Below are positions 25,670 through 38,464 of a stretch of DNA of 64,000 bases, piece by piece. The notes under the pieces are model-generated. The model did not search any database. It saw only the letters and a program-made list of their open reading frames with translations, and had not been told where the DNA came from. Numbering within the stretch: position 1 is the stretch's first letter; every line of letters starts with the position of its first letter. Source of the stretch: Octopus vulgaris (taxonomy: Eukaryota). The position numbers and the translations under genes were made by a program. The stretch covers positions 102,858,001-102,922,000 of the forward strand of contig OX597818.1 of NCBI GenBank assembly GCA_951406725.2. The letters run 5' to 3'.

Positions 25670-27559
25670 TACAAATTAGATTACATATATACTTATAAAG
25701 GTGTGGGTATATACCCATAATAAAACATATACATATACATATGAGTGCATATACTCATACTCATATATATATAAATATAAATATACATAATGATATAAAT
25801 AATAAAAATTAATAAACATACATATGCTCCACATTCAATGTTACAGTTTTTTTAACTTAATGTTGTGATAATTACAATGTAGAAAAACATACACATTAAT
25901 ATCTAAATGTAGATATAGTGAGTCAAGGTTACTTTCTTTTAGTTCTTATTAATTTCCAAAATGTCATTAATGCTAGCATCATTATCACTGTCGTTACCAC
26001 TAATGCTACCAATATCATCATTCATATTATTATCAATAACGCTAATACTGAGAAACAATACATAAATTCATTATTAACAATATAGTCACAATAGTATTAC
26101 AAAACCGTGCAAAGTGTTATATATCCGCATATACATACGAAATATGGAGTACCAGCATTCTGTTTATACTACAATAAATCCACAGGTGTTCATATGTAAG
26201 TCCGATTTTAAGTTTATAATTTTCCTTGTGACAAATACACTATTATTTCAGAAATAGGTACGGATCTAGCGCTAAATTATGATTGGCCTGTGGGTTTGAA
26301 ATTAAATTATCATTGTCTTTCCTACGGTTGGTTTGTTGATAGCTTTAGGTTTCTACTACACTAGCGTAGGCAAGGGAAAAACTATACCAACATTTGTACA
26401 CAATGTAGCGTTTATACACTCACACGCACATATGTATAAACATTGATACACTCCTATATACTGTGTCTGCAGACATTCGCATATACATATATACACATTC
26501 AAATGTATACATGCGCACCCATACGTATAAGAAATATATATATATATATATATCCACCCATGAATACACATATACATACAAAAACATACATACACATATA
26601 TATATACACATGTGGACACATTTCGACGCATAAACATTAATAAATTTTAACGTACTGTGATTGCAAATATTCGCATAAACATATATACATATTCAGATAC
26701 GTACTTGCGTACTCATATGCATAAGAACAACATACACCCTTATAGCCATCTCTGAACATATATATACATACAAACATATACATACACATACATATATATA
26801 TGAACACATTTCGACATTTCTACCTATATTTACTAAATAACAAGATATACGACTGTCCATCAAAGGAAGTATACATGCATACACGATACGTAAGCAGAAA
26901 TTACTATTAATTAAGATATGAGTAAATTAATTATGAATTAAATTAATTATAAATTAATAAGTGCCAAAAAAAAGGAAGAATGAATGGATAAATAAATAAA
27001 TGAATAAAAATACAAGTAAAATAAAAATAAAAACATGAATAAATAAATAAGTAAATAAATAGAAATATATATGTATATATATATATATATATATCTATGT
27101 ATAGATAAATAGATAAATATAATAAAATACAAATTAAGATGAGTACAAGGATAAACTTAAAATGTGAGGATGTCAAACAAATACACGTAAAAAAAACAAC
27201 TTTATATGCTCATCGAAATAAACAAAGTATACTAATTATAGACTCACATTTGTTAAATATTGGTATAGCAAAAACCCAAACCAGTGCCATTAGATATAAT
27301 GTGTCTATACACCCTACAGCCATAAATACTCTGTGGAGATCAGAATAACTATATATTTCAGTATATTTACCACTATATTTTTCAAGCCGGGACAAAATCA
27401 ATCAATATAGAACATATGTATGGAGATACAAAATTATAAATTATGAGGGCCAGTAGTACAGTCCTATATAGAGGAGTGTAATGGGACTATTGGTAGGAAA
27501 ATTAGGTGCTATTTAAATCTAGAGAAAGTATACGCCAATTTGTGAAGGCAGAAGTAATT

Positions 27560-27926
27560 TCTCTCATTAATGTTATTAATAATGGGTAGGCCAGCCTTGA
27601 TGATGAAGAAAATTTCATTGATACATAAAAGAGCATTTTTTATTTCTACTATTGTACACAGGTGCAGATGTTAGTATTTCCCAATCTAATTTAAAATCTA
27701 TGTTCTTACTCTTGAGTTCCCAGATATACGTACTAAGCCCCATAGAGTTCATCCTATTTTTATTTTTAAAAGTATATCTATGATAGTTTAGCCGTTGTTT
27801 TATACTATTTTTAGTCGCACCAATGTACACCTTGCTATTATATTGGGTATTTACAGTGCATTGGTAAACTACCTCTTTCCTCAGGCATTTATTACCAAAC
27901 ACACATTGGTTCCTGCTTCTGCAATT
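27560..27926 (-). pseudogene. GIY-YIG endonuclease domain of the Penelope-like element
   Basis: VVYQC...KVYIGATKNSIKQRLNYH...LSTYIWELK; frameshifted near the C-terminus. Confidence 0.88.
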
Positions 27927-30215
27927 AGTTAGTTAGTTAGTTAGTTAATTTGGCTCAAAAGCAAATAGCAAGGCCATGTAGGGGGACATGGAGTTAAGTA
28001 CAGGGTGGTGTTCATGTAAAGAGTTCAGGCCACTTGAGGTCAAGGGAGGCTTTGAACAAAGCGGTCGTCGGCATCTTCACCATCTCGTCTGGCAGCTTGT
28101 TCCACGGATCCGCAACCCGGACGGAGAAAGCTCCTCTCCTTCGATTGAGATGAAATCGTCGCAGGTAGAGCTTTTCGGAATGACAGGAGTGAAGAACAGC
28201 TCTTTCGAGAGGTTACACTTTCCGCTTATGATGTTGTGGGCGAGAATGAGATCACCACAGCAGCGGCGTTTTTCAAGAGAATAAAGGTCGAGCGTCCTCA
28301 GCCTTTCTTCATAGGACAAATTTTTGAGACCATGAACCATGCGGGTAGCCAGCTTCTGGACTCTTTCGAGATGCTGTATGTCTTTGAGGAGATAAGGAGA
28401 AGAGGCTTGAATCCCGTATTCCAATATGGGTCTCACCAGCGTGACATAGAGTGGTAGGAATATGGCTGCTGTGAGCATTCCGAATGACCGTCGAATCAAG
28501 AACAGAATTCCGCGTGCTTTGTTGGCAGCATGGACGCACTGGGCCGAAGGCGAAAAGGAGGAATCCACCAAGATACCCAGGTCCTTTACCTGATCGGTCC
28601 TCTCCAGCAGCAGACGACCCGGCTCGAAATCAAGTTGAGTTGCAGGAGGAGAGCCAACAGGCAGATTACAGCACTTTGACACGTTCAGACACAGGTCCCA
28701 TTCGTTAGACCACTTCCAAATTTGGTGGAGGCATCGACAAAGATCCTCTATATCACCGCGAGGAGCGACCAGTTTGATATCGTCGGCAAATAGAAGGGTG
28801 TGTTGCGTGAGGTCGTCGGGCAAGTCATTTATGAAGACTAAGAACAATAAGGGCCCAAGCACTGAACCTTGAGGCACGCCACTGCTTGCACTGGAGACGT
28901 CGGACCGCGAACCATTAACTTGGACTTGGAAGGAGCGATCTGAGAGGAAGGCGCCAACCCATCGTACAATATCCGGATGGAAACTATATGCTTGAAGCTT
29001 GACAAGTAATAGGCGGTGGTTTACCGAGTCAAAAGCTTTGGCAAAGTCCACAATAAAACGATGTCAACATCATCACTATCATCGAGGATGCGCGTCACCA
29101 ATTCTTCCATTACCAGTAAGTTGGTCAAGCATGATCTCTTCGGCACGAAGCCGTGTTGGGAATCAGAGATAGAGGCTGTGTTTTTCTTAAGGATGGTTTC
29201 GAACATCTTGCTGATTATTGATGTAAGGGAAACCGGTCGGTAGTTAAGCGGGTCTTCGCGGCTCCCTTTCTTGAAAATTGGGCAGATTATCGCTGTTCTC
29301 TAGTCCGCAGGTATAACACCCGTCGCCAATGACATATTGAATAGACGTGTTAAGGGTTCGCAGATGACCGGCGCCAACGCTTTGATAACCCGTGGGTGTA
29401 TGCCGTCAGGGCCGTGACCCTTGTTGACATCGAGGCCTTGAATAACACATTTGACTTCGTCCCGCGTGATGACCAATCGAAGCATTGGAGGTACCGATCT
29501 ATCAAATGGAGGGGGTTCACGACCATCATCTTGTTTGAAAATAGTTGAAAAAGCCTCGGCAAATAATTGACTCTGTTGATAAGGGTCCTCAATCGATACG
29601 CCTGTTGAGTCTACCAACGTTGCAATCTGGTTGTTCAAGCGGGAATTCCGTTGGACATGGGCAAAGAAGGTTTTTGGATTGCTACTGGCATTTGCCGCGA
29701 TTTTGTATTCATAACTGAAGCGTTCTTCCTTTTCAATTTTCACGGCTCGGTCTCGTTGAGTTTTGTACACCTCAAAAGCTGCAGTCGAATCCAGATTTTT
29801 GAATTCAGCCCAAGCAATATCTCTGAGTCGACGTTCTCGTTTAACCTTCTTCGTCACCCAGGGCTTGTGTTTCTTCTTCTTGGGAAGCCCAACGGGAACT
29901 GCCTGATCAGTCAACCAGATTACATATGCTTTGAGGGATGACCATAGTTCGTCAACTGAGGACAACGTCATCAGGGATCGCCAGTCCAGAAGCGCGGAAG
30001 CCTCGGTTAGAATTTCAAGATTAATTGCAGAGAAGACTCTACGTGGCAGCGAAGTAGTCGTGGGCATAGAAAAAGTTGTGTGCATGACGAACTTCAGGAC
30101 CGCATGATCACTCTTGGCAAGAGGGGCGCAAACAGATACGTCTGACACAGACCGATGCCTTGTCGGATATTCAACATGTTGCGATAGAAAACAATCTTCA
30201 GCCACGTCAAGAAGG
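27927..30215 (-). mobile_element. 5'-truncated CR1-like LINE (end of endonuclease plus RT), frameshifted
   Basis: SDH motif, KGHGPDGI, QHGF, DFAKAFDSV, GVPQGSVLGPLLF, FADD, LERVQ; (AACT)n tail; GCAATT TSD at 27921-27926 and 30216-30221. Confidence 0.96.
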
Positions 30216-30579
30216 GCAATTGCAGCTATTAACAGATTGAGGAGATATAACCTTGGCAGAAATCCCCCTATCTCTATTCCTATTGATAGCATTGCACCTA
30301 TTTTCATTCTACCCAAGTTTATCCTTCTGTCATTATAGAAGCAATCCAATTTCCTGTTGTTAAAGGAGGAAATGATGGTCGCTAGATTATTCGTAATGCT
30401 ATATCCTATTCTAAAACTGTAACATTGAATGTGGAGCATATGTATGTTTATTAATTTTTATTATTTATATCATTATGTATATTTATATTTATATGTATAT
30501 GAGTATGAGTATATGCACTCATATGTATATGTATGTTTTATTATGGGTATATACCCACACCTTTATAAGTATATATGTA

Positions 30580-30706
30580 ATCTCCGAAGAGGCCTTAGGA
30601 TGTTTTTGTAAATGTCTCATTTATAACTACATATTGACCTACCATAAATGGCTAATATGAGTTGAATGAGACATGCTTATCTACATGGCCGAAACAGCTG
30701 TAAGAT
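30580..30706 (+). ncRNA. Hammerhead motif in the right (inverted) pLTR (CCGAAGA core variant)
   Basis: ATCT-CCGAAGA-GGCC[~90 nt hairpin]GGCC-GAAAC-AGCT-GTA-AGAT; palindromic stem III ACAGCTGT. Confidence 0.75.
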
Positions 30707-32709
30707 ATAGTCTATATTTATATTTATGTTCAATTATGCGTATTCTACTTATTGTATAACATTACTATTTTATGTACACCCCTTCATGTACAGTTTTACC
30801 CTGCATTATTATGTTTAACCTTATAGTTTCTTATGTAGTGGTTTAATAAAGTATGTGATAGAGTATTATCTGGTAATTGATATTTGATTTCGATGTATTT
30901 CTCCATTTTCTTATTTTGTATTATGAATTTTACCTTTGCCCATATAATACAATAAATGAATTAATTGTATCGCAATTCTTAACATTTATGTATTAACTTT
31001 GTTTGGTACCTCACTAGCAGTATATTGGACATATGGTATCTCATGGTGGGTTGCATTTACAACTCCTATCTCAATTTGTGTATATATATATATATATATA
31101 TATACACATACATAGAGTGAGGGGGAGGGAGGGAGAGAGAGAGAGACATGTATGTGTATATAAAGGAACTCTTCCAGTTTCCGTGGGTTGTCTTCTAATT
31201 TAGCTGGCCCAGGCCGATCAATCTTGTGAGTCGATTTGCTTGATGGAAACTGAAAGAAGCCCTTTCATCTGTGCGTTCTTGGCAAGGATAAGGCTGATAG
31301 TGACTTCAAAGTTCTGTCTTGGTTAACCACGTCAGACAGTGGTGCAAGTTCAATAGTGTTGAAAAAAGTGAATACTTTAATTGGTTTCGGTGGTTGTAAG
31401 GGAAGCTGTAAGTGGACGTGAGGGAAATACTTGGGGAACGGGAGTGGTGTGTTGAGATATAGGGACCGTTTCGATGGAAGCGTTTTAAATACAAAAAAAT
31501 CAGTCTTTATATCCTTATAGACGTATTATTGGAGTGCCAAATACTGTGGTAATCTTTGAGAGGTCTTCTCATGTAGACACACGATGCGAAATGCACAGAT
31601 GTATCGTAGCAAATGAGATGCGGTATGGGAGCCGGAACTGCCAGCTCACGAGATTTCTGCACAATGCACGACCTCAGTAGCAGGCGCCCAGCCCTGCATA
31701 CCAACCAAATATCACTGCCAACGATATATTCAATAGCAGTGATTCTTCACTCGCTGATATAGAAAATAACCAGCAGACTTCATAAAACGTAAATATTGAG
31801 CGTCGGAAGCAGTAATAATACCACAATGTATTTTGGTATTTGTTCACCATATCTACAAGAGCACCACCCTGATAATGCTCCTTTTACCACCGTGAAAGCT
31901 AGCAGCTCCAACATTCACCGTTCTTCATTTTTTTCTACAGAAATCTATGCAGATCTTTGAAGTGTGATTGAATCTCCTGTCACACACCAGTCATCCAAAA
32001 GCAAGAATTAGGCTGTACCACCTGACCATGTTTGGCATGAAAATCTGGCTACAGATGCTGACTAGTCTCATTTTGACATTAGCTTCCTGTCAAATAGCAC
32101 AGACGCCATGGTTAAGAAGCTTGCTTGACAATCACGTAGCTCTGGGTTCAATCCCATTATGCAGCACTTCAAGTAAGCATCTTTTACTATAGCTCCAGGC
32201 GAACCAATGTCTTGGAAGTGAGTTTGGATGAGGGAAATTGTGAGGAAGCCCGTGTATATATATATTCTTCACCCTCGCACCTCATTTGACGACCGCTCTT
32301 GATTTCCGTCCCTGTAAATTAGAGGCTCGGCTAAAATGACCGACAAAATAAGTACTAGACTTCCGGGTGGGGTGGGGAATCACTGAGTTCGATTGATACT
32401 GGTTACAGCTCAATAACCGAAACAAGTTACAGATAAGGGATATACACTATTAAGTAGATAGGCATTCGTTAGTCTTGAGAGACCATGGATCAGCACCTGG
32501 AGAATTTGTCAGCTGCTGATAGTGGAGTTTCTTAATTCTTAACAGCCCACAAGGGACTACACAGAGGGGACAAACAAACGGATTAAGTCAAAAGGATGAA
32601 AGGCAAAGTCGACCTCGGCGGAATTTGAACTCAGAACATAGCGGCAGACGAAATACCGCTAAGCACTTCGCTCGGCGTGCTAACGTTTCTGCCAGCTCGC
32701 CTCCTTATG

Positions 32710-32975
32710 GTGGAGCAGTTTCTGTTGCTGCTGTACAGACCTACACACGAGTTTCGCTTGCATTTGAAGCTCTCCCCAAGCGTTACTTACTGACTTCTTT
32801 CCTCGAAGGAGCGCATCTTTAGTGGCAATTCCGTTTGCTTGCCCACGCCCAATCCCCTTGCATAGTATTTGTCTCCAGCGTGGGTGATCAATCACGACCT
32901 CCTATTTCAGGACGTCTAGATCTATTGACTTCATATCTCTCTTTTAGACATCTTTGAAACGAAGATGAGCCTGGC
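32710..32975 (-). mobile_element. Decayed RTE-like LINE 3' fragment
   Basis: Remnant translation KRDMKSIDLD...HPRWRQ. Confidence 0.5.
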
Positions 32976-34055
32976 AAATATAGAGGATGCTCATCTGCTG
33001 ATCAGAGTGGTTATCAGTGATGGTAGAGTTGAAATTGCTGAATTCATGGTGGTGGAAGGTTACGTGCATGGAGTTATGAATAGAGTACTCTTTTACTTGT
33101 TTCAGACATATGACTGTGGCCATGCTAGAGCACGCTATTAAACGAGCAAATCAACGCCAGGACTCATTCTTTGTAAGCTTAGTATTTTATCGGTCCCTTT
33201 TGCCGAACCCCTAATTTACGGTGACGTAAACACACCAGCATTGGTTGTCAAGCGATGTTGGTGTGTGTGGGGGACACACACACACACACGACAGGCTTCT
33301 TTCAGTTTCCGTCTATCACATCCACTCACAAAGCTTTGGTCGACCCGAGGCTACAGTAGAAGACACCTGCCCAAGGTGCCATGCAGTGGGACTGAACCCA
33401 GAACCATGTAGTTCGTAAGAAAGCTACTCTTTTTTATCGAATTTGCCATAGAGGCAGTACATAAGAGTATGGTAGCTTGCGGGCTGGACAAGGACCTTAA
33501 TGAGATAAATGATAATGATACAAGGACGATAAGGATGGGAGAAGACAAAAAGCGCCAGCCGACCTTTGCTTCTCTAAAAGCAATTTTTTTTTTTTTTAAA
33601 TACTGAGGTATTAAACCTCTTACAATATTGTTACGCTTTTATGAGCAAAAATGTCCGTTACAATTGAAAACAATTACATCAATAAACTCTTTTGACTCCA
33701 GCAGGTATTCCAGCAAGTTGGGGTCCTTTACACATGATCTATAATCTTCCTTTGTGAAGGAGTCCATTATGTGAGAAAGGTTCCTTTCTTCCAGTACCCG
33801 AGCAGCCACCTGTGGAGGCCACTCTAGAAAACAAGTCGAGTCTATTAGGTCCTGACTATCAAAGGAACTTTCTATATAGTTCTCTACAGCCCCTCCCCTG
33901 AGATAGAAGATGACGTTAACATTTCCACCGTGAGAAAGAATCTTGAAATGCACAATTTACATAAACATTTCTCACACCAGAGATCTGCAATAAACAATAA
34001 ATCCAAAACTCAAGAAGACAAACAGGAAAACAAAGGCCAAGTAGATACTTAAACG

Positions 34056-34061
34056 TTTATT
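34056..34061 (-). terminator. Polyadenylation signal AATAAA of the Ubl-eL40 gene
   Basis: AATAAA about 30 nt after the stop, followed by a T/GT-rich tract. Confidence 0.8.
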
Positions 34062-34092
34062 CAGTTGAACATCACAATAAAATATGTAATGT

Positions 34093-34186
34093 TTACTTTA
34101 GCTTCTTCTTGGGCCGCAGATTATTACTGTGGCCACATTTCCTTTTACGGCAGTTGGTAGCACGTGGGTGAAGGCGAGCATAGCAC
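34093..34186 (-). CDS. UBA52: Ubl-eL40 fusion, last coding exon ([31 protein letters not shown])
   Basis: cttttag|GTGCTATGCT...AAGTAA; 94 nt. Total CDS 103+87+103+94=387 nt = 128 aa plus stop. eL40 C4 zinc-finger cysteines intact. Confidence 0.97.
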
Positions 34187-36400
34187 CTAAAAGAACAGTG
34201 AAAGAAGATATTAATTTACTGGGACACAGAGTAATGTGATAAACAAAGAGTCAATAGTACACTGTCATACAGGGTATTAGAAGTAACAAGTAAATCTCTT
34301 AAATGATACTCCCTACTATACAATATATTTTGTAGCCCAAGCAATCAGTAGTGATCAAGACTGCAATATCTTTGCTTAATTTTCCTTAATTGCAATACAA
34401 AGAATATAACTGGGATTGAATCTGTATGTAGAAGTGAAAGACAAGGATCTAGATAAAAATTAAACCCAGCCCAGGGATTTAGTCAGTCATTCAGAATCTA
34501 ACCACATATATTTTTCTGTGAGAGGGCCTGTCAAGCCAAGTGAAATCGTAGTGCGGCTGACATTGGTACCATGTAACTGGCACTCGGGCCAGTGGCAAAT
34601 AGAGAGCACCTTTTGAGCATTGGACCTCACAGAGGCAATGACAAATGACCAACACCTTTGGCATTCTCATGTTTAAAAACATCCAAGAAGCCTAGGAAAA
34701 TCAGTCATGGCAGATACTGATGTCGTGAACACCCATTACACTCTCAGAGTGGCTGGCATTAGGAAGAGCATCCAGCTGGTGCAGCCTTCCAACCCAAGTC
34801 AAAGCAACCAACCTAAGCCAGCATGGACAACGGACGTTAAATGATGAAGATGACAACATACTAGCATATAAGACACATTTGTAGGGGAAAAGTAATTCTG
34901 TGCATGTAAATACAATGCTGTGACAGTATATTTGAACAAAGTATGAAACCGTAAATTCCTCACATAAACTACATTATATGAGCACTGTATTTCAATTCTA
35001 TCCATCAGATCAACTGCATAATTGTTTCTACTTTGATCAAGAGAATTGTCATACAGTATGTAAAACATACACATACTATGATGTTTCATGTTACCATGAT
35101 TGGCCATCAGGGAGGTGTGCCACACTACCTTGTCATTAACACATTACAAATAGCTGAGAAACTGATAAAAATTACATTCCTCTCACCCTTCTAGAATTTC
35201 ATTTACATTATCATCATAAACCATTTAACCCTTTAGCATTCAAGAGTACCTATTTCTTTACTACCCACAACAGACAAACGGATTAAGCCGATTATATCGA
35301 TCCCAGTGCGTAACTGGTACTTATTTAATCAACCCCGAAAGAATGAAAGGCAAAGTCGACCTCGGCGGAATTTTAACTCAGAACGTAGCAGCAGACAAAG
35401 TACTGCAAAGCATTTCGGCTGGCATGGTAATGATTCTGCCAGCTTATTTATTCACATTATCTTGAATTAATCATGCACTACCTCATAGCTTTATGGTTTT
35501 GAAGATGTGCTCATTTATTCTTCGAATGGCATTGTAAGGTAGGTGTGAGAGGCCAAATCTAGCTGTTTTGAACACAAACCAGGTAAACTATTTGGGATGG
35601 ATATAGCCGATTTAAACGCTAAAGGGATAATGATTTTTTTTTATTTATGTGCCCTTATCAAGCCTAGCCAGGCTCATGGGCCCGGTTTCAGTGGCACACG
35701 TGTTCCCCCAGTTGGATGGGATGCCAGTCCATCGCAGCGTTAGTCAAGAAACAGGAAGAAAGACTGAGATAAAGTTGGGGCGAACGAATACAAGAGGGGT
35801 CGCCACCATCCCCTGCCCGAGCCTCATGGAGCTTTTAGGTGTTTTCACTCAACACACACAACGCCTGGTCTGGGAATCGAAATCGCGATCCTCCGACTGC
35901 GAGTCCGCTGACCTAACCACTGGGCTATTGTGCTTCCACTAAGGGTTAATGATACCATTCATTAATCCTTTAGCATTCTGCCTGTTTTACAGTCAGAACC
36001 AGCCCTTTAGAAACTGTCTTATAATGTTGTTCTATAAATGCTTATGGGTTAAATAATGTATGACACATCAGGTGTGGATTACATATACCAGGTGAGAAGG
36101 TACGAGATGTGATCTCTCCATATAACTGTCAACATGCCATCAGCAATTATTGGTAAGTTAATGCTAACACATGGATGTTTTGGCTTCTTTTTAATACTTT
36201 ACTTGTAAACTTAGCAGATCTAAGCCCATCCATCTCCCTGCCCTACAACACTTGGTCCCTTCTGTAATATAGTTAGTTACATTAAATGCAGGGTAATTTT
36301 TTTTTTTTATACTTGTAAAAATACGAAAGCATAGCCAATATGCTGGCAAATACAGTAATTAATTCCAATCTAAAAACAAACAGTAACAGATTGTACTTAC

Positions 36401-36503
36401 TTTCGGCAGATCATCTTCTCACAGTTGTATTTTGAAGCAAGCATACGTAAACTGGGTTCAATGATACCACCAGGAAGGCGGAGCAGCAAATGGAGAGTAC
36501 TTC
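36401..36503 (-). CDS. UBA52: Ubl-eL40 fusion, coding exon 3 ([35 protein letters not shown])
   Basis: gttgcag|GAAGTACT...CCGAAA|gtaagt; 103 nt; contains the GG junction and the eL40 N-terminus. Confidence 0.97.
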
Positions 36504-36584
36504 CTGCAACACAACAATGAAGAAATAAATATTAATTCAGAAATAATTCACAAAGTACAAACATTCTTACTGTGTTGCCTTACT

Positions 36585-36908
36585 GACACCTGTGCTAATG
36601 GCATGTGAAAAAAACATTTGAGTGAGGTTGTTGCCAGTGCTCCCGGACTGGCTCCTGTGCAGGTGGCACATACAAAGCACCATTTGAGCATGGCCGTTGC
36701 TAGTACCGCCTGCCTGGCCCTAATGCCGGAGGCAAGTAAAATCACCCACAACACTTTCAGAGTGGTTGGCATTAGGAAGGGCATCCAGCTGTAGAAACTA
36801 TGCCAGATCAGATTGGCGTCTGGTGCAGCCAACTGGTTTGCCAGACCTCCGTCAAATTGTCCAACCAATGCTAGCATGGAAAGCAGACGTTAGAAGATGA
36901 TGATGATG
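36585..36908 (+). mobile_element. 3' part of a SINE/LINE-tail family with (GAT)n tail
   Basis: GGTTGGCATTAGGAAGGGCATCCAGCTGTAGAAAC...GCATGGAAAGCAGACGTT; relatives at 34540-34855, 54975-55200, 58878-59063 and 62705-63190. Confidence 0.8.
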
Positions 36909-37572
36909 CACAAGGTGAAAAATCAGAGAAACCCAGTTGCTGATTGGTGCTCGAAGTTATCAAACTCGGAAAAATGAAAAGCTCAGGTTGATCTCAGCCA
37001 GATGGAGTACCACTCTTACACCTAATGCCCTAACAATTGCCATTTGGCTTTCCAAGGTGGCAAAGAATATAGAAGACTTTTTTCAACAGCTGGATGACCT
37101 TGCTGTCATGAATCGTCAATTGTTTTGAAAGCTATTTTCCATTCAACTGGCCTGCACATGTCAAAACTGCAGTATCAACCATTTCCTTTTCTGGATACGC
37201 ACTGGGGTCGATATAACCAACTTAATCTGTTTGTCCCCTCTGTGCGTAGTCCCTTGTGGGCAGTAAAGAAATAAGATAAAGCTTACATTACTAATATTGC
37301 ACAAAAGTTACAGGATAGCAATCAATCGTATTTCATCCTGTTAATGTATCAATTTGATTCACAAGTGAACATAAACAGAGATACATACTATAGGTAAAGA
37401 AAACACTTGTTCAAAAGAACTGTGCAGTAGGATCAAACCTGGAAGCATATCATTGCAAAGAAAACAACACAACTGCTGAGACATTGCAAAAATGTTATGC
37501 TAAACTACCTTTCACCAAAGGACACTAAAACATTTCCAATGCTAAACAACATGAAAATACCAAAGATCTTAC

Positions 37573-37659
37573 CTGTACCAACACCATATTCACTCAAGCT
37601 AGCAGTTTCGTCCAGCTGTTTGCCCGAGTACACAAGTCGTTGCAGGCTCTGGGGGATTC
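37573..37659 (-). CDS. UBA52: Ubl-eL40 fusion, coding exon 2 (GIPQSLQRLVYSGKQLDETASLSEYGVGT-G)
   Basis: ctttcag|GAATCCCC...ACAG|gtaaga; 87 nt, phase 1-1; aligns to ubiquitin residues 35-64. Confidence 0.95.
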
Positions 37660-37957
37660 CTGAAAGACATTTAGCATAATTAAAGATTTAAACATTAAGC
37701 TGTTTATTGTATGACTTAGCTAAGATTCAATTATGATCAGAAAATACATAAAAAAAGAAAATCCTTGCTGGCTAGCTCCATGAATAAGTGTCAAACCCAC
37801 CCTTATCAATGTAACCAACACAGACATGACAAAAGGAGAGGACACTACCAATGTTCCAAAATGTATGCATGAATGGAAACCAAACCTAAAGAACTTGTTG
37901 CTGTGCAGCTCCAACATAAGCACGAGATGGAGAGTGGTTTTTATGATATGCTGAAGA

Positions 37958-38165
37958 TCTTACTTGTACTTGTGACGGTATTCACCCAGTGTGGGTTGAG
38001 CCGGCTTCTCTGGTCCTAACAGCATCACAAACCATGGCGGCCCATGCTCGACGGTTCCATCTGCGGAACTGATAGTACGGAGAGGTACTCCTTTATCATT
38101 GTTGCCCAGGCCTTCAGCTGACTGCCCGTGCGTTTGCGCCAGCTGGCAACAGGGCATCGCGAATC
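37958..38165 (-). mobile_element. RTE-like LINE 3' fragment in intron 2
   Basis: WRKRTGSQLKAWATMIKE remnant; (CAAGTA)n tail. Confidence 0.7.
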
Positions 38166-38464
38166 AGCTGATTTGTGATGCTGGAGATCAACTAACAATG
38201 AGGTGCAAGCACTTTTCAGGTTAAAGATTACATTGCCCATATTAGTCACTATTTTAATGTTCATACTTTTAAAGGTCAAACAGGATTTGTTGAGACAGCA
38301 AAATTACAAACAAGACCACTTGACAAGGAGATAGAAACACAATCTAATATAAATACAATGGGCTTCTTCTCAGTTTCTATTTACCACTTAAACCCACAAA
38401 TTTTTTAATTAATTTTTAATAACAGTTTGAAACTTTGTATACTGGTGGAATGTCTCACACAACA

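Larger units (their letters stand above)
25327..31080 (-). mobile_element. 5'-truncated Penelope-like retroelement (Neptune-like) with inverted pLTRs, split by a LINE
   Basis: RT-thumb remnant FRIGYSITNNLATIISSFNNRKL (~30340-30415), Cys linker and GIY-YIG domain; inverted repeats at 25327-25850 and 30413-30920, each with a hammerhead; (TA)n flanks. Confidence 0.88.

Noticed and set aside
29300-30439. 379-aa ORF as a single protein
   Set aside because: Chimeric read-through across the pLTR, Penelope remnant and LINE junction.
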